This document shows, piece by piece, positions 27,486-37,915 of a DNA stretch of 64,000 nucleotides. This stretch comes from a virus (Duplodnaviria; Heunggongvirae; Uroviricota; Caudoviricetes). Location: the IMG/VR virus record IMGVR_UViG_3300025693_000001. One strand, written 5' to 3'. Position 1 is the first letter of the stretch; each line of letters opens with the position of its first letter. A program made the position numbers and the translations under genes. The notes under the pieces were generated by a model that worked only from the letters and a program-made list of their open reading frames with translations, was not told the DNA's origin and did no database searches.

Positions 27486-29033
27486 CATCGGCATACCTTC
27501 GTCATTCTCATCGTACCCACCTTCATACCCATCATAATCATCCTGACTCCATTCATCGTATTCGGCTGTATACAATTTATCGAAAGCAAGTTGATCATAC
27601 GATGCAATTTCTTCCACCAATCTGATTATAATAAGAACAGCTGATATTGCATCATCTGTTGAACCCAATTGTGCAGCGTAAGCACCTCGTGTACGTACGT
27701 ATGATTTCAATTCAGCTAACAACATGCGAGACTTAACATGCAAGTTGTTTTTCTCCAACATTTCTTTCAGGTTGACACACGCTCGCATTTTAGTTCGCGA
27801 TGTTGTAGTCATTCCACGTTTGTTTTTACCCTCTTCACTAACAAACTCAGCACCTGTTGGTGGTTTTTCGTCAGCTTCGTATAGAGAGATGACACCCTCT
27901 CCCACACCATTGTTTTCGATTGAGAAATATGTGGTCGTTTCTTGCTTTTCCAAATACAGCAACATATTCTTCAAGATGCCATATAAGTCATTGGTTGACA
28001 TTGTGTTGGATCTGTATTCGGCTACCTGTACCAGGGACGGAAAGTGGAATACTGTAATCACACTAAAATCTTCCCCATTACCGGTGGCTGGATCCACCCC
28101 AACCAAATACGTTTCACCGGCTTTGACATTATCCCAAAACACAACATCCTTGATTGTTTTTATTGGTCTAATCTTTTCAACGATTTGTGATAGGTTTGTT
28201 AAGAATAGTGAATTGATTAACAATGCGTCCGATGATAAGAATACGCACTCATACTCCTGCATCCACCGTCTTTCACCAATTCGACCGATCTCATCTTCTT
28301 TGAATTTGCCATCACGCCCAGGAGGTTCATCCCACGTCACGTGTATGGGTTTAAATCCATTCGCTCCAACTAACGCGCCTCGCCATATTTGAGCGTAAAT
28401 GTTCATATCCCCATTTGGCGTTGATGTCATTATACAGGAACCACCAGTAGATAGTGTTGGTGCGATAGCAGTCCAAAATTCATCCTGAATGCCAGCTTGC
28501 ACAAAAGCAAACTCATCCAAGAATAACAATGAGATTGACATGCCCCGTCCGGAATCTGGTGATGTTGCTGAAGATATGATACGAGAACCGTTATCGAATC
28601 CGATGTTGTGTTTGTTCCATCCATCTTCCTGCACCCCTGGCTTTAACCAATGAGGCAGATTTTCGTATGCAAATCGTATCCTGAAAATCATCTCCATCGC
28701 GTTTGCGTTTTTGTTAGCTGCGATTAAGATGGTTTTATCGAAATTGAACATAGCATACCACAACAAGAAAGCTGCGGATGTTATAGATTTCCCTGTCTGT
28801 CTTGCCGAGAGAACCACAGTATATCGTTCTTCGTGATACGCTCGGACCATATCCTTTTGATATTCGTACATCTCAAAAGGAACCGATCCACGCGTTGGAT
28901 GTTGAATCTTTACATAATTCTCGATGAAGTACACAGGATCCGACACACACCGTTTCAACTCTTCTATCGTTTCGGAGGTGTATTCTGTTTCCGTGTTAGC
29001 AGTTTTTATATTTTTGTTTGATGCTCTAGCCAT
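27477..29033 (-). CDS. 17: Terminase large subunit
   Basis: DPVYFIENY, YQK adenine motif, ARQTGKS Walker A, LFLDEFAF Walker B, TSTPNG, GVDPATG and DD nuclease motifs. Confidence 0.97.
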   Translation of the reverse strand: MARASNKNIKTANTETEYTSETIEELKRCVSDPVYFIENYVKIQHPTRGSVPFEMYEYQKDMVRAYHEERYTVVLSARQTGKSITSAAFLLWYAMFNFDKTILIAANKNANAMEMIFRIRFAYENLPHWLKPGVQEDGWNKHNIGFDNGSRIISSATSPDSGRGMSISLLFLDEFAFVQAGIQDEFWTAIAPTLSTGGSCIMTSTPNGDMNIYAQIWRGALVGANGFKPIHVTWDEPPGRDGKFKEDEIGRIGERRWMQEYECVFLSSDALLINSLFLTNLSQIVEKIRPIKTIKDVVFWDNVKAGETYLVGVDPATGNGEDFSVITVFHFPSLVQVAEYRSNTMSTNDLYGILKNMLLYLEKQETTTYFSIENNGVGEGVISLYEADEKPPTGAEFVSEEGKNKRGMTTTSRTKMRACVNLKEMLEKNNLHVKSRMLLAELKSYVRTRGAYAAQLGSTDDAISAVLIIIRLVEEIASYDQLAFDKLYTAEYDEWSQDDYDGYEGGYDENDEGMPMLM

Positions 29034-29063
29034 AACCCATATTTATAGCACGTTTCGTGTGGG

Positions 29064-29510
29064 TTACCGCTCACCCGATAGGGCTTTGAGTATGTCATTA
29101 CGGTCTGCAACGATCAAATTGTTGTTTGTTGTACCAACACCTGCTAATTTACCACGTGCAATGGCTAATTTATCCTTGTGTTGTTTTGTGCTTGATTTTT
29201 CTTTTGCAGCTTGAAGGGCCGTGTTTAGAAATTGGACTGCAACTTCGCCGTTCCGAGCTGCATACTTACCCTCGACGGATTCCGACGTTCCCATCTGGGT
29301 ATCATACGCATCCATTGCGGCATCATACACCTCTTGAAACTGAGTTTCAATCTCTGTGTCTTTGTCGTCGTAAGCTTCTGTTGTCGTTGCTGCGATGTCA
29401 GTTGTCTTGCGTTCAACGATAGGCATCAACGTTGAATTTTCATCGATATCCAATATACCTTCCATTGGATGGTCTACTTGCTTTTCTGAGTGTACAATTT
29501 TAGTTTCCAT
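29064..29510 (-). CDS. Probable terminase small subunit
   Basis: Directly upstream of TerL; helical core and TNNNLIVADRNDIL tail like gp16-type proteins. Confidence 0.7.
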   Translation of the reverse strand: METKIVHSEKQVDHPMEGILDIDENSTLMPIVERKTTDIAATTTEAYDDKDTEIETQFQEVYDAAMDAYDTQMGTSESVEGKYAARNGEVAVQFLNTALQAAKEKSSTKQHKDKLAIARGKLAGVGTTNNNLIVADRNDILKALSGER

Positions 29511-29519
29511 AGCGGGTAT

Positions 29520-29669
29520 TTATGGTTGCATTGGTCCATGTATACTGGTTAAGACCCCCATACCCACTATACCATCGTGTCCATTTTTGAAACGTGCGAC
29601 AAATTATCCGCTTCTGGATGTGAGCAGTTCCAACTCCAGTGGATTATTAAAAACCTCGAATACTAACAT
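29520..29669 (-). pseudogene. Truncated third paralogue of the 29680/30147 family
   Basis: MLVFEVFNNPLELELLTSRSG*FVARFKNG aligns with MLLIEVFSDPIEWKEDTVSAKLYTAEFSVN; in-frame TAA at codon 22. Confidence 0.55.
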
Positions 29670-29679
29670 GGTGACATCA

Positions 29680-30147
29680 TTATTTTAATGCTTGATACAC
29701 TTTTGTTGATTTTAACACTTTTGTGTTGGTTTTCCATCCAATATCATGAAATTGCTTGATGAGACGATCGTACAATTTGCGTCTACTAGCTTCCTTTGCA
29801 CTGAATTCGATTCCGTTCACATCGTGGGATCGTATAAACTGTTTTATTATACTTGCTACTGTTGCAAACACTTTAACCGCATTACCAGTTTTGGTTATAC
29901 TGGTTTTGGATTTTAGTCTTCCTTGCTGTACAGTCTCTAATCCAAATTCCAAATCCCAAATACCGTGTCCTTGGTGTTCCAATTCAACCGAATACTTTTT
30001 GTCACCTATGGTGAAATGTGTTGATAACATCTCCGTATCTTGATTGTATTCATCATCTTCATTGTCATCAATTTCTTCATCTGGTTTTGGAGGGTGCTGC
30101 AAATCAGCATGGTTTACTGGTCTATCAAATACTTCTGCTAATAACAT
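29680..30147 (-). CDS. Uncharacterised phage protein, paralogue 1
   Basis: TGNAVKVFATV...FSAKEASRRKLYDRL shared with the next gene. Confidence 0.8.
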   Translation of the reverse strand: MLLAEVFDRPVNHADLQHPPKPDEEIDDNEDDEYNQDTEMLSTHFTIGDKKYSVELEHQGHGIWDLEFGLETVQQGRLKSKTSITKTGNAVKVFATVASIIKQFIRSHDVNGIEFSAKEASRRKLYDRLIKQFHDIGWKTNTKVLKSTKVYQALK

Positions 30148-30554
30148 TAGTTTTTCTCGAAAGTGTATATTTTTGTAGATGGTTGTTCTTTCAGCTTCGA
30201 TTCCGATAACGTGAATCCCATTCGTTCTAACTGTTTGGCCATACGATCATACAATTTAATTCTACTGGGTTCCTTTGCTTGAAAGATAATAGTGTCTGGA
30301 TTTTTTGTTTTCATAAATTTACGAAATATATCAAGAATTGTAGCAAATACCGAAAAGGATTTACCAGTGTTGGATAATTCATACTTGGATAGCGTATTAG
30401 AAAAGTTTATATACCACGTTCCCTCCAAAACACTACGCTCCGCAACAAACTTATAGTTAAGATCATTAACCGAAAACTCCGCTGTGTATAATTTTGCTGA
30501 TACCGTATCTTCCTTCCACTCTATCGGATCGCTAAATACTTCTATTAATAACAT
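30147..30554 (-). CDS. Uncharacterised phage protein, paralogue 2
   Basis: TGKSFSVFATI...FQAKEPSRIKLYDRM. Confidence 0.8.
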   Translation of the reverse strand: MLLIEVFSDPIEWKEDTVSAKLYTAEFSVNDLNYKFVAERSVLEGTWYINFSNTLSKYELSNTGKSFSVFATILDIFRKFMKTKNPDTIIFQAKEPSRIKLYDRMAKQLERMGFTLSESKLKEQPSTKIYTFEKN

Positions 30555-30562
30555 AAAATGCC

Positions 30563-31006
30563 CTATCTAAATAAATGTTTTTCTGTGATTATACGAAACT
30601 TTATTCCTTTTTTCTGGCAATATAAATTTGCTGCTTTCCACTTTGCATCATTTACTGCCCAGGTTATTTGTTCGTATAGTTGTGTCTTTTTGTTTTTACC
30701 AACGGTTCGGGGTGCTCTGGTTTCTTTATCGGGTTTTACTTCGATAATTTCTTCCAATAACTCCCCCTGCCTCGTAACATATTTAATCCAGTAGTCCGGA
30801 AGATACATATGTACCCGTCCGTCTGTTGGTTTGAGATATGGTATTCGTATACTCTCCGATGTCCATTCGAGAATGTTTGGATTGTTGTCTAGGAATTGGT
30901 GGAAGTTCAACTCCCACGATGACATATACCGTATCTTGGATAGATCACCCTTATATTTCTCAGGGTGATTTGGTTTGTACTTCCCTTGTTTTGTGCGTCT
31001 AGCCAT
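30563..31006 (-). CDS. 4: Head completion nuclease, T4 gp4/TnsA-like
   Basis: GKYKP.HPEKYKGD, SSWE, W.SE, Y.PD, EVKP, N.AKW.AA, ITE motifs. Confidence 0.9.
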   Translation of the reverse strand: MARRTKQGKYKPNHPEKYKGDLSKIRYMSSWELNFHQFLDNNPNILEWTSESIRIPYLKPTDGRVHMYLPDYWIKYVTRQGELLEEIIEVKPDKETRAPRTVGKNKKTQLYEQITWAVNDAKWKAANLYCQKKGIKFRIITEKHLFR

Positions 31007-32823
31007 TATGCTACCATTGAGTTACTCACGGGGGGTGCAACCGTGTTAAGTGCTAACACCGTTGGAGCTGCTGCTTTCGCTGCTGCTTGCGTTGGCGCGT
31101 TTGATGGAGGTGCCGCTTTGTCCTCTTTGCGTGATACCGCAGTTCCGAATGGAACTGGACCATCCCCTTTGATATCTTCTTCGGGGTTGAATATTGGATC
31201 GATTTCGTATCCAGGGGACACACCAGCACCGGATATCTTAGCCATCAGTTCTTTTGTAACTAAACGGTTCGGCTCAACATATAACCCATCATAACTAAAT
31301 TGAATTTCCAATTCGCTACCCGCACCACTTTCTGCCATATCCACATCATCCAAGTTTAAGTTGGTGATTTTCGGATTGTACATATGATACACATTCAACA
31401 ACTTACCCCAGTCGTATAGATGGTATAATTTGACTTCGAGTAGTATATTTGATGCATCTCCATTTAGGGATCCTAGAGATGCGCCCCCAATCGTATTGTT
31501 TGGAACGGCTGTACGAGAAATGGTGTTTGCTGTTAAACTGCGTTCCTGGTAGTGTTGGGGTAACATGGCATTGCCATCCATCCCCTCATTTGCTATCGGA
31601 CTCATCGCTCGCATGTAGTTTGTATAGAACGTACCAGCGTTGTTCTGAATATCATCATAGAACCGCATCGTCATCGGTTCGTATACCGTACGTTTTGGAA
31701 TTTTGGTCCAGTAATTGTACATGTTGATTTCTTCATACTCGAATGATACGTTGGGGCGGGAGCTATTCTTCACCACAAACTCGAACCCCGATTTAACTCC
31801 ACGCTCCGATGTCATTAGGTGTTGGTATTCCGGATGGAACACAAACTCCACCATAAACATGAATTTGAATTTGGGTTGGTGGTTCTCGGCTAAGTGTGAT
31901 GCGAAGTGTTTCGGGAATCGTTGGGTTTCCACTGCGTACTTTGCAACCGTACATTCGTTGCCGATTGCTTCGGTTTCCGCTTTGAATGCTAAAATCTCGG
32001 TGTCTAATGCTAACATTTGTGATGTTACAGCATCTTGCTCAAATTTGTGTGTTATTTTTTCTTCGTCTGATAGCTTCGATGTATCCGTATTACGTAGAGC
32101 GCTTTCACTATCAAATGCACCTGCAGCACGGTCCAGTATATCTGCGCTTCTGCTATCCATAGCAGCAACCGTTTCTTCCGGACAATTTTTAAAAACACCA
32201 ACATCAACACCCAACCGTTCCATTTTGGACACGGGTGGATCGGAATTTTCCATGTTGATTGGGGTGAATTCATCATCACCATTTTCGTCACCACCGAACA
32301 AACCCGATATCGTCGATCCTGCAGAACCCAGAGCATCGAATACGCTACTGGTGCTGAGGTTTTTTAACCCAGCGATTGCGGTGTTGCCTATACCCGACAG
32401 CACACCACCACCAATATTATTAACAATACCTCCAACCCCCAAACCTATATCCGAACCAACCTGGCCGAGTATTTGGTCCGCAGCTCCCTGAACATTACCA
32501 AGAATACCACCAGCACCAGCTGATAAACTACCAGTGAATGCTCCTGTAATGCCACCTGTAGCGAACCCCGAAAACGCTCCCATTGCTGCGTCAGACACAG
32601 CATTGATAGCAATGTTATTGGCGGCTTTTTTCAAACGACCAGGAACCCGTCGGACCGTGTTATTGATCGTGGCGTTTACCTGCGCTTTTAATATATTTGG
32701 AGCGTTGAGTATGCTGCCACTATTACGCAGCAAGTCGGCCGACCGTCTAACCAAGGCGGCGTTTCTGGCTGCTGTTTTTGATCCCGCTACAGGTGCGGTA
32801 AATTTTCGTGGGTCGATTGCCAT
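31006..32823 (-). CDS. Tail tube-related virion protein with long Gly-rich N-terminus
   Basis: C-terminal PKFKF...RP...EINMYN...YEP.T..FYDD...LD......EI.FSYD parallels the adjacent tube protein. Confidence 0.65.
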   Translation of the reverse strand: MAIDPRKFTAPVAGSKTAARNAALVRRSADLLRNSGSILNAPNILKAQVNATINNTVRRVPGRLKKAANNIAINAVSDAAMGAFSGFATGGITGAFTGSLSAGAGGILGNVQGAADQILGQVGSDIGLGVGGIVNNIGGGVLSGIGNTAIAGLKNLSTSSVFDALGSAGSTISGLFGGDENGDDEFTPINMENSDPPVSKMERLGVDVGVFKNCPEETVAAMDSRSADILDRAAGAFDSESALRNTDTSKLSDEEKITHKFEQDAVTSQMLALDTEILAFKAETEAIGNECTVAKYAVETQRFPKHFASHLAENHQPKFKFMFMVEFVFHPEYQHLMTSERGVKSGFEFVVKNSSRPNVSFEYEEINMYNYWTKIPKRTVYEPMTMRFYDDIQNNAGTFYTNYMRAMSPIANEGMDGNAMLPQHYQERSLTANTISRTAVPNNTIGGASLGSLNGDASNILLEVKLYHLYDWGKLLNVYHMYNPKITNLNLDDVDMAESGAGSELEIQFSYDGLYVEPNRLVTKELMAKISGAGVSPGYEIDPIFNPEEDIKGDGPVPFGTAVSRKEDKAAPPSNAPTQAAAKAAAPTVLALNTVAPPVSNSMVA

Positions 32824-32870
32824 TTGTTATACTCCTATGTGCGTATATTTATGGGTGGAACTCCAAACAC

Positions 32871-32898
32871 AAAAAAAGGGCAATGAAGCCCTTTTTTT
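32871..32898 (-). terminator. Intrinsic terminator after the tail tube gene
   Basis: A7-GGGC-loop-GCCC-T7 (bidirectional type). Confidence 0.85.
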
Positions 32899-32922
32899 GG
32901 TTGATGTGCTGATTTACAACAG

Positions 32923-33516
32923 TTAAGCCATACCACCAAGAGCAGTACCTTCCCCTTGTGCGTATCCACCAGCTGATTGTACAGCCAGATCGTATCTAAG
33001 AGTAACTGTGATTTGAACAGCGTCAGATGCTGAGTAGTCCAAATCAGTGTAGTCAATATTTTGTATCCAACAACCACTGATGTTCCATGATTCGATGACA
33101 GTTTCCTTACCATCCAATAGGTTTAGTGTTGTTGCAAATTTATACTGAGAGCCTTCACCGGCTGTTCCCAACCAAGGCCCTTCACCACCGATTAACCATT
33201 GTTGAGCTGATATTTGGTCTTGCAACACCTTGGTTGCTAAACTAGTAACATCATCTTCAAACGTGATTGTCATTGGTTCGAATGTGTGCTTGCCAGCAAC
33301 CCACGCACGTGAGTTGTATCTGTCCAATTGAACTTCTTCAAAAGACAATACAGGTCGTGTCACGGTTACAGCTTGCACTGATAAATCAGAACCTTGAGCG
33401 GCACCACCTGCAATGTTAGCAAACGTAACATTCCATTTGTTTTTCAGTTTTGGCTGAAGGATATTGGTACCTGCATCACCAAGTCCTGGAATACCCATTT
33501 GAGTTATAGTTGCCAT
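32923..33516 (-). CDS. 19: Tail tube protein
   Basis: QPKLKNKW, RP..SFEE, AGK..FEP.TITFEDD, GCW, LDYS motifs; follows the sheath gene. Confidence 0.9.
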   Translation of the reverse strand: MATITQMGIPGLGDAGTNILQPKLKNKWNVTFANIAGGAAQGSDLSVQAVTVTRPVLSFEEVQLDRYNSRAWVAGKHTFEPMTITFEDDVTSLATKVLQDQISAQQWLIGGEGPWLGTAGEGSQYKFATTLNLLDGKETVIESWNISGCWIQNIDYTDLDYSASDAVQITVTLRYDLAVQSAGGYAQGEGTALGGMA

Positions 33517-33570
33517 GTTTAATTTCCTTTAAATGCTTTGATTGTATTTATGTGATTACCGGTAATACTG

Positions 33571-35352
33571 TTAAATCTCAGCACCTGTTGCAACGATTCT
33601 GATTGGGATGTATATAAATTCAGCTGCACGGATCGGTTTTAACGCGATGTCGATGTACATTTCATTTCTATCAACTCTATCAGGTGTGTTGTTTGATTCA
33701 TCACTTATCGTCACGAAATCATACAAGCCTCGTTTTGCAACCAAATCATTTAAGAATCCATCCACAGTAGATTTTAGAGCATCTCGTGTGATTTGATCAT
33801 TCGGTTCAAATACGTAGATCAGTGTATTTCTTCGTAGTTGACGTTTTATGTATTTTACCAACCTGGACACGTTCACCCGATCCATAGCACTTGCAGCTAC
33901 AGCAGATGTTTTTTGTCCCCACACCACAATACCTTTACCAGGAAAGAATGTAATTGGGTTGATATCCCCACTTGGTAAGTATTGATACAGGGCATCACGT
34001 TGACCTAAGTTTAACGCAACTTCTTTAAATTCTGTTACACCACCCAATTGACCGGATACGTAACCAACATTGGTTAACCCCGATACCAAACCACGACGTA
34101 AGCCAGCAGGAGCAAACCACAAGAACGATACATCATCACTATGAGCGTATGTACGTAATGCAATTCCACTAGCAGCAACAACAACATTTCTACCATCCAA
34201 ATTAGAAGCAAGTCCCCAAGGATAGTAATATGCTACATGCTGTGATCTAACGCGAGCGGTTGACGCTGCCCATCCAGTAGATGGGTTTGTTATACCATCT
34301 GGCGATAAGTCTACAGGGGTGTCGGCAATGATTAGAGCTTCCTCTTGGCTGTCCACAACCAATCTAAACAGCTCATCCACCGTTTCGTGATAACCAGGAC
34401 ACAGCACTAAGTTGAAATCAAAGTTTTCCGATCTAATATCAGTGTTGCTGTTGATAGATGCTTGTAATGCGGTAACGATAGCGAATCTGCGAGCTGCATC
34501 ATTCGAGCCTAAGCTGGATTTACTCGTGAACTCTACAGTGTATTTGAAATCATCAGCTAAAGCAACCATTAAGTCGCCAGTCTCTTGTGCTGTGAATTCC
34601 CCAACAACGATACCACCACCCGGAAAAGAAGGGAATGAAACGATGTTGTTCGCTATATGCGTTAATCCTTCGTAGCTTCCTGTTGCTGGTAGATCATATC
34701 CATTCGCATACACATCAAATGGTGCAAGTGATTGATCATCAGTGTAATCGTCATGCAGATCTCTGAATGAATACGCAGCAAACAAATCAGATGTTGCTTG
34801 ATCTGTAACAGCGACTAATTCAGCAGCTGTTACTGTTTGTTTGTACCCAACATCACCAGGAATCAACCCATTGACGCTGTTGTATTCGCCGATAAATTCG
34901 TTAGTCAGATTTTCCAACACGATTTTAGCTTCAAGGACTTTACGATCCCACATATCGCGTATAGCATCGATGTTGTCGTTTAAATTCACATTAGAACGAA
35001 TAACGTAAGCTCTGTTGCCTATTCCAAGGTATTGGTTTAACGCAAACAGACCATATTCGTTACGAGCATCACCATGATGAGCATCATTAGCAACACCAAA
35101 AAGTGGTGCTACGGTAACTGGCTCAATGAGGAAGTTTGGTACTCCATACGTGTTCGTGCTCTGTTTGAGGGATGTTATTGTTCGAATTACATCATACTCA
35201 TATGTTCCATCAGCCGGTGTTACACCATCTGGTTGTGTTTTTTCATCTTGCGTTGCTATGAAAAATAAAGGTACTGTAGGCGCTGATACAGGGATGAAAA
35301 AACTCTCATCAGTTACTGTTACGCTTACGCCTGGGCTTACCAAAGTCACCAT
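33571..35352 (-). CDS. 18: Contractile tail sheath protein
   Basis: LVSPGVSV.V.DES start, WFAPAG.RRG, INPI, WGQKT, RVNV.RL, FEPND, DESNNTP, P.RAAEFI. Confidence 0.97.
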   Translation of the reverse strand: MVTLVSPGVSVTVTDESFFIPVSAPTVPLFFIATQDEKTQPDGVTPADGTYEYDVIRTITSLKQSTNTYGVPNFLIEPVTVAPLFGVANDAHHGDARNEYGLFALNQYLGIGNRAYVIRSNVNLNDNIDAIRDMWDRKVLEAKIVLENLTNEFIGEYNSVNGLIPGDVGYKQTVTAAELVAVTDQATSDLFAAYSFRDLHDDYTDDQSLAPFDVYANGYDLPATGSYEGLTHIANNIVSFPSFPGGGIVVGEFTAQETGDLMVALADDFKYTVEFTSKSSLGSNDAARRFAIVTALQASINSNTDIRSENFDFNLVLCPGYHETVDELFRLVVDSQEEALIIADTPVDLSPDGITNPSTGWAASTARVRSQHVAYYYPWGLASNLDGRNVVVAASGIALRTYAHSDDVSFLWFAPAGLRRGLVSGLTNVGYVSGQLGGVTEFKEVALNLGQRDALYQYLPSGDINPITFFPGKGIVVWGQKTSAVAASAMDRVNVSRLVKYIKRQLRRNTLIYVFEPNDQITRDALKSTVDGFLNDLVAKRGLYDFVTISDESNNTPDRVDRNEMYIDIALKPIRAAEFIYIPIRIVATGAEI

Positions 35353-35417
35353 AATAGAATTCTCCTTCGAATTGCTATGTTATTAATTGTTGTCACTGTT
35401 GTGTGATTACTTGCATA

Positions 35418-35425
35418 TATTTATA
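35418..35425 (-). promoter_or_regulatory. T4-type late promoter (TATAAATA)
   Basis: Perfect octamer upstream of the sheath gene; related cores at 33545-33550 and 32846-32851. Confidence 0.75.
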
Positions 35426-35454
35426 TGTTGCCCCACTAAACCACACAAAACTCA

Positions 35455-36219
35455 TCACTCTAGGTCCACCTCATCTAACGAAAACACATGATCATATGGA
35501 ATTTGTTGGCTATCGAGATCCGCAATAATTTCATACGAATTTGAAGCGTCCGTTGCAACGGCTCCGATTCGTAAGAATATATCCTTAACAAAACGTTGGT
35601 GGACTCGATTAGGCAGCGATAAATGCACCGGCATTGAGAATGATAGTGTGGTTTGTATGATACGTCTATCCCCACCAGGATTAAAATTCTCATCAAAGTT
35701 GATGTTAGTTAGTTCGACGGTGGTAATTTTCGTCCAATCAAACGCTTCGTCGGTCAGTTGCACCTGAAACACTGGATCGAATATGGATAATATCTGCTCC
35801 AACATTTGGTAGTGTTGGTCTTGGTTGCTAGCATATAACGTCAACTCCATTTCAGCCTTATACGGAACGGGCATTCGTTGTTCGACGACTTGCATATCAT
35901 TGGGAAATATTCCACCAGTTGGCATGTACGTGTTCCGACGTTTTTGTGATACTCCCTTTCTCATTTCCGGAGCCATATCCAAACCAGTCAACTGACAAGA
36001 ACACAACGGTAGCCGTAGCAATTTCGTTTGGGTGTTTTCGTTTTTTATGGCAGCAACAACTCTATCCGAACTGGCAACCTTGATCGGCACCGGTACGAGG
36101 TGAGCAGCAACATCTTTCCGTTCACCAACCTCAACCTGAAGCCCCATAAAAATAGCTGCGAACTGAACGATATACTTTCGTAGCTGCTCATCGTAGTAAA
36201 ACTCATCTGGTGTCTTCAT
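35455..36219 (-). CDS. 15: Tail terminator/sheath stabiliser, gp15-like
   Basis: FYYD.Q.R.Y..QF..IF, VPI, LP, PVPY, Q.LEQIL..F.P motifs. Confidence 0.85.
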   Translation of the reverse strand: MKTPDEFYYDEQLRKYIVQFAAIFMGLQVEVGERKDVAAHLVPVPIKVASSDRVVAAIKNENTQTKLLRLPLCSCQLTGLDMAPEMRKGVSQKRRNTYMPTGGIFPNDMQVVEQRMPVPYKAEMELTLYASNQDQHYQMLEQILSIFDPVFQVQLTDEAFDWTKITTVELTNINFDENFNPGGDRRIIQTTLSFSMPVHLSLPNRVHQRFVKDIFLRIGAVATDASNSYEIIADLDSQQIPYDHVFSLDEVDLE

Positions 36220-37913
36220 TATTTATCCTCACAATCTTTGTCTATTCGTGGTCTATCGCGAGTGATCTCGTCGTTATCCCTTCTTTCGTCACCAGCAGCC
36301 AAAAATTCATTAAGCACAGGGTGTTCCATTTGTATGCGTCTATCTTTTTCCAAGAATATCCACCGTCCCTTCTGTTCGGAATATCTAAACAACCTAGATG
36401 GAACATCTGTAGCCAAATCAATGTATGTCATTCTGTGGTAATCCCCATGTTTTGGTGCATTTGGGAATTCAGCCATTTCAGTATACGGTGCATTGTTTGG
36501 CGGCATTGCGTCTTCGTGGAATTTTATCCCAGTCGGTTGTCCCGTTACCTCAAGATTCTTTATCCCAGCCGCTTCCGCGATTGCGATTTCTTCTGGTTCC
36601 CAAGCACGAATAACACTAGACGATTCAACCCCCGCTAGCGGAACAGCATCCTTTGCTTCCGCGTCTATCGTTTGACTAACGTCGAAATAATCCTGGTAGA
36701 AAGCGTGGTTACCATCTTCACCATCAACCAACCCATGCTCGTTTTCAATCTCAGTAGCTGCAAGGTCTCCAAATAAGTCTTGTGTTTCTTGAGATGCAAA
36801 TGCTGGTTGAGCAATAACACGCAGTAGTGTTGGTGTCCATCCAGGTGTATACCCTTCTGTACTCCATGCAACATCAGTTACTTCGACCCACCGCTCAATC
36901 TTTCGCATCTCTGCGGAGTATTGCGCTTCGCTCGGGATTTCGATAATATCTCCGATGATCAATGGACGACCTAACGCTGCAACACAGCTACCAAAAGCAA
37001 CCTGCATGTACAACGATAGTGACGGTAATTCAATACCGAATCGTGTCAATTCTGATGTTATGTCTAGTAAATCATACGTCCCTTTAATCGGTAACGCTTC
37101 TGTATTATAATCACGATCGCGATTTTCCAACAGAATTTTATCTTGGATGTTGTCCGTATTCGTTCCTTCAAATCCATGGAACATTTGCAGCGCTTGAACG
37201 CCCCAAACATCTGGTGTGTCGACTCCATTGAAGTCAACAGGACGTATACGCCAGTATCGCGACGGAACTGATGACTTGAACATAATAGTATTCAAACAAT
37301 CGTCATCGGGTAGCGTGACAAGCGATACTCCATACCACTTGTCTCCATCACTGGATCGTTCGACTCTAGCTCGTGTTATGCGTCGTGTGGCAATATTGGA
37401 TTGTTTTATCGCAATCGCGGTGACGTGTCTATAGATGCTAGTATCAACACCATACGCCGCTCGTGAATTGTCATTCGTTTTTATTGTACCGAAATCGTAT
37501 CCAAGGTATGCCGACAATAACACCCCATCTCCACGCTGAATGGATCGCCATTCAGTGATGAACTTATCATATGCTTGCGATGCAGGGAAATATGGTGCAT
37601 CACCATTTGTTAGTGGTGTACCCAATCCCGTACAATCAATCAACTTCCCTTGTTCATGCACACCCAGCAATTTGTGTACGTTAAATGTTGCACCCCCAAT
37701 ATTCAGATTCTCGTTGACTAGCCCTTCAATAAAAGCTGTGTCACGATTTTTATCCAATTGAAAAGGTGCACACGGAGTTGCGACACTGGAAGTATTCGTG
37801 TATCCGTTTCCACTTACGTGTGGAGCACACGGTCCACCATCAACAATATCATCATTAAAATTGGGCCCTGCAGACCCAACACATTCTTCCAAACCATAAC
37901 AATTTTTAGCCAT
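36219..37913 (-). CDS. 14: Neck protein gp14-like with inserted discoidin (F5/8 type C)-like domain
   Basis: Between gp13 and gp15; LT.FGI...RP.IGDII core; insert with ERSSDG.KW...SRYWRIRP. Confidence 0.65.
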   Translation of the reverse strand: MAKNCYGLEECVGSAGPNFNDDIVDGGPCAPHVSGNGYTNTSSVATPCAPFQLDKNRDTAFIEGLVNENLNIGGATFNVHKLLGVHEQGKLIDCTGLGTPLTNGDAPYFPASQAYDKFITEWRSIQRGDGVLLSAYLGYDFGTIKTNDNSRAAYGVDTSIYRHVTAIAIKQSNIATRRITRARVERSSDGDKWYGVSLVTLPDDDCLNTIMFKSSVPSRYWRIRPVDFNGVDTPDVWGVQALQMFHGFEGTNTDNIQDKILLENRDRDYNTEALPIKGTYDLLDITSELTRFGIELPSLSLYMQVAFGSCVAALGRPLIIGDIIEIPSEAQYSAEMRKIERWVEVTDVAWSTEGYTPGWTPTLLRVIAQPAFASQETQDLFGDLAATEIENEHGLVDGEDGNHAFYQDYFDVSQTIDAEAKDAVPLAGVESSSVIRAWEPEEIAIAEAAGIKNLEVTGQPTGIKFHEDAMPPNNAPYTEMAEFPNAPKHGDYHRMTYIDLATDVPSRLFRYSEQKGRWIFLEKDRRIQMEHPVLNEFLAAGDERRDNDEITRDRPRIDKDCEDK

Positions 37914-37915
37914 AA

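Noticed and set aside
27477-29033. Inteins or introns in terminase, UvsX, helicase or portal
   Set aside because: Lengths are ordinary and motifs contiguous; no intein terminal motifs or split frames noticed.
29604-29606. Stop-codon reassignment or readthrough
   Set aside because: All conserved genes are full length in the standard code and TAA is the commonest stop; the remnant is also truncated.
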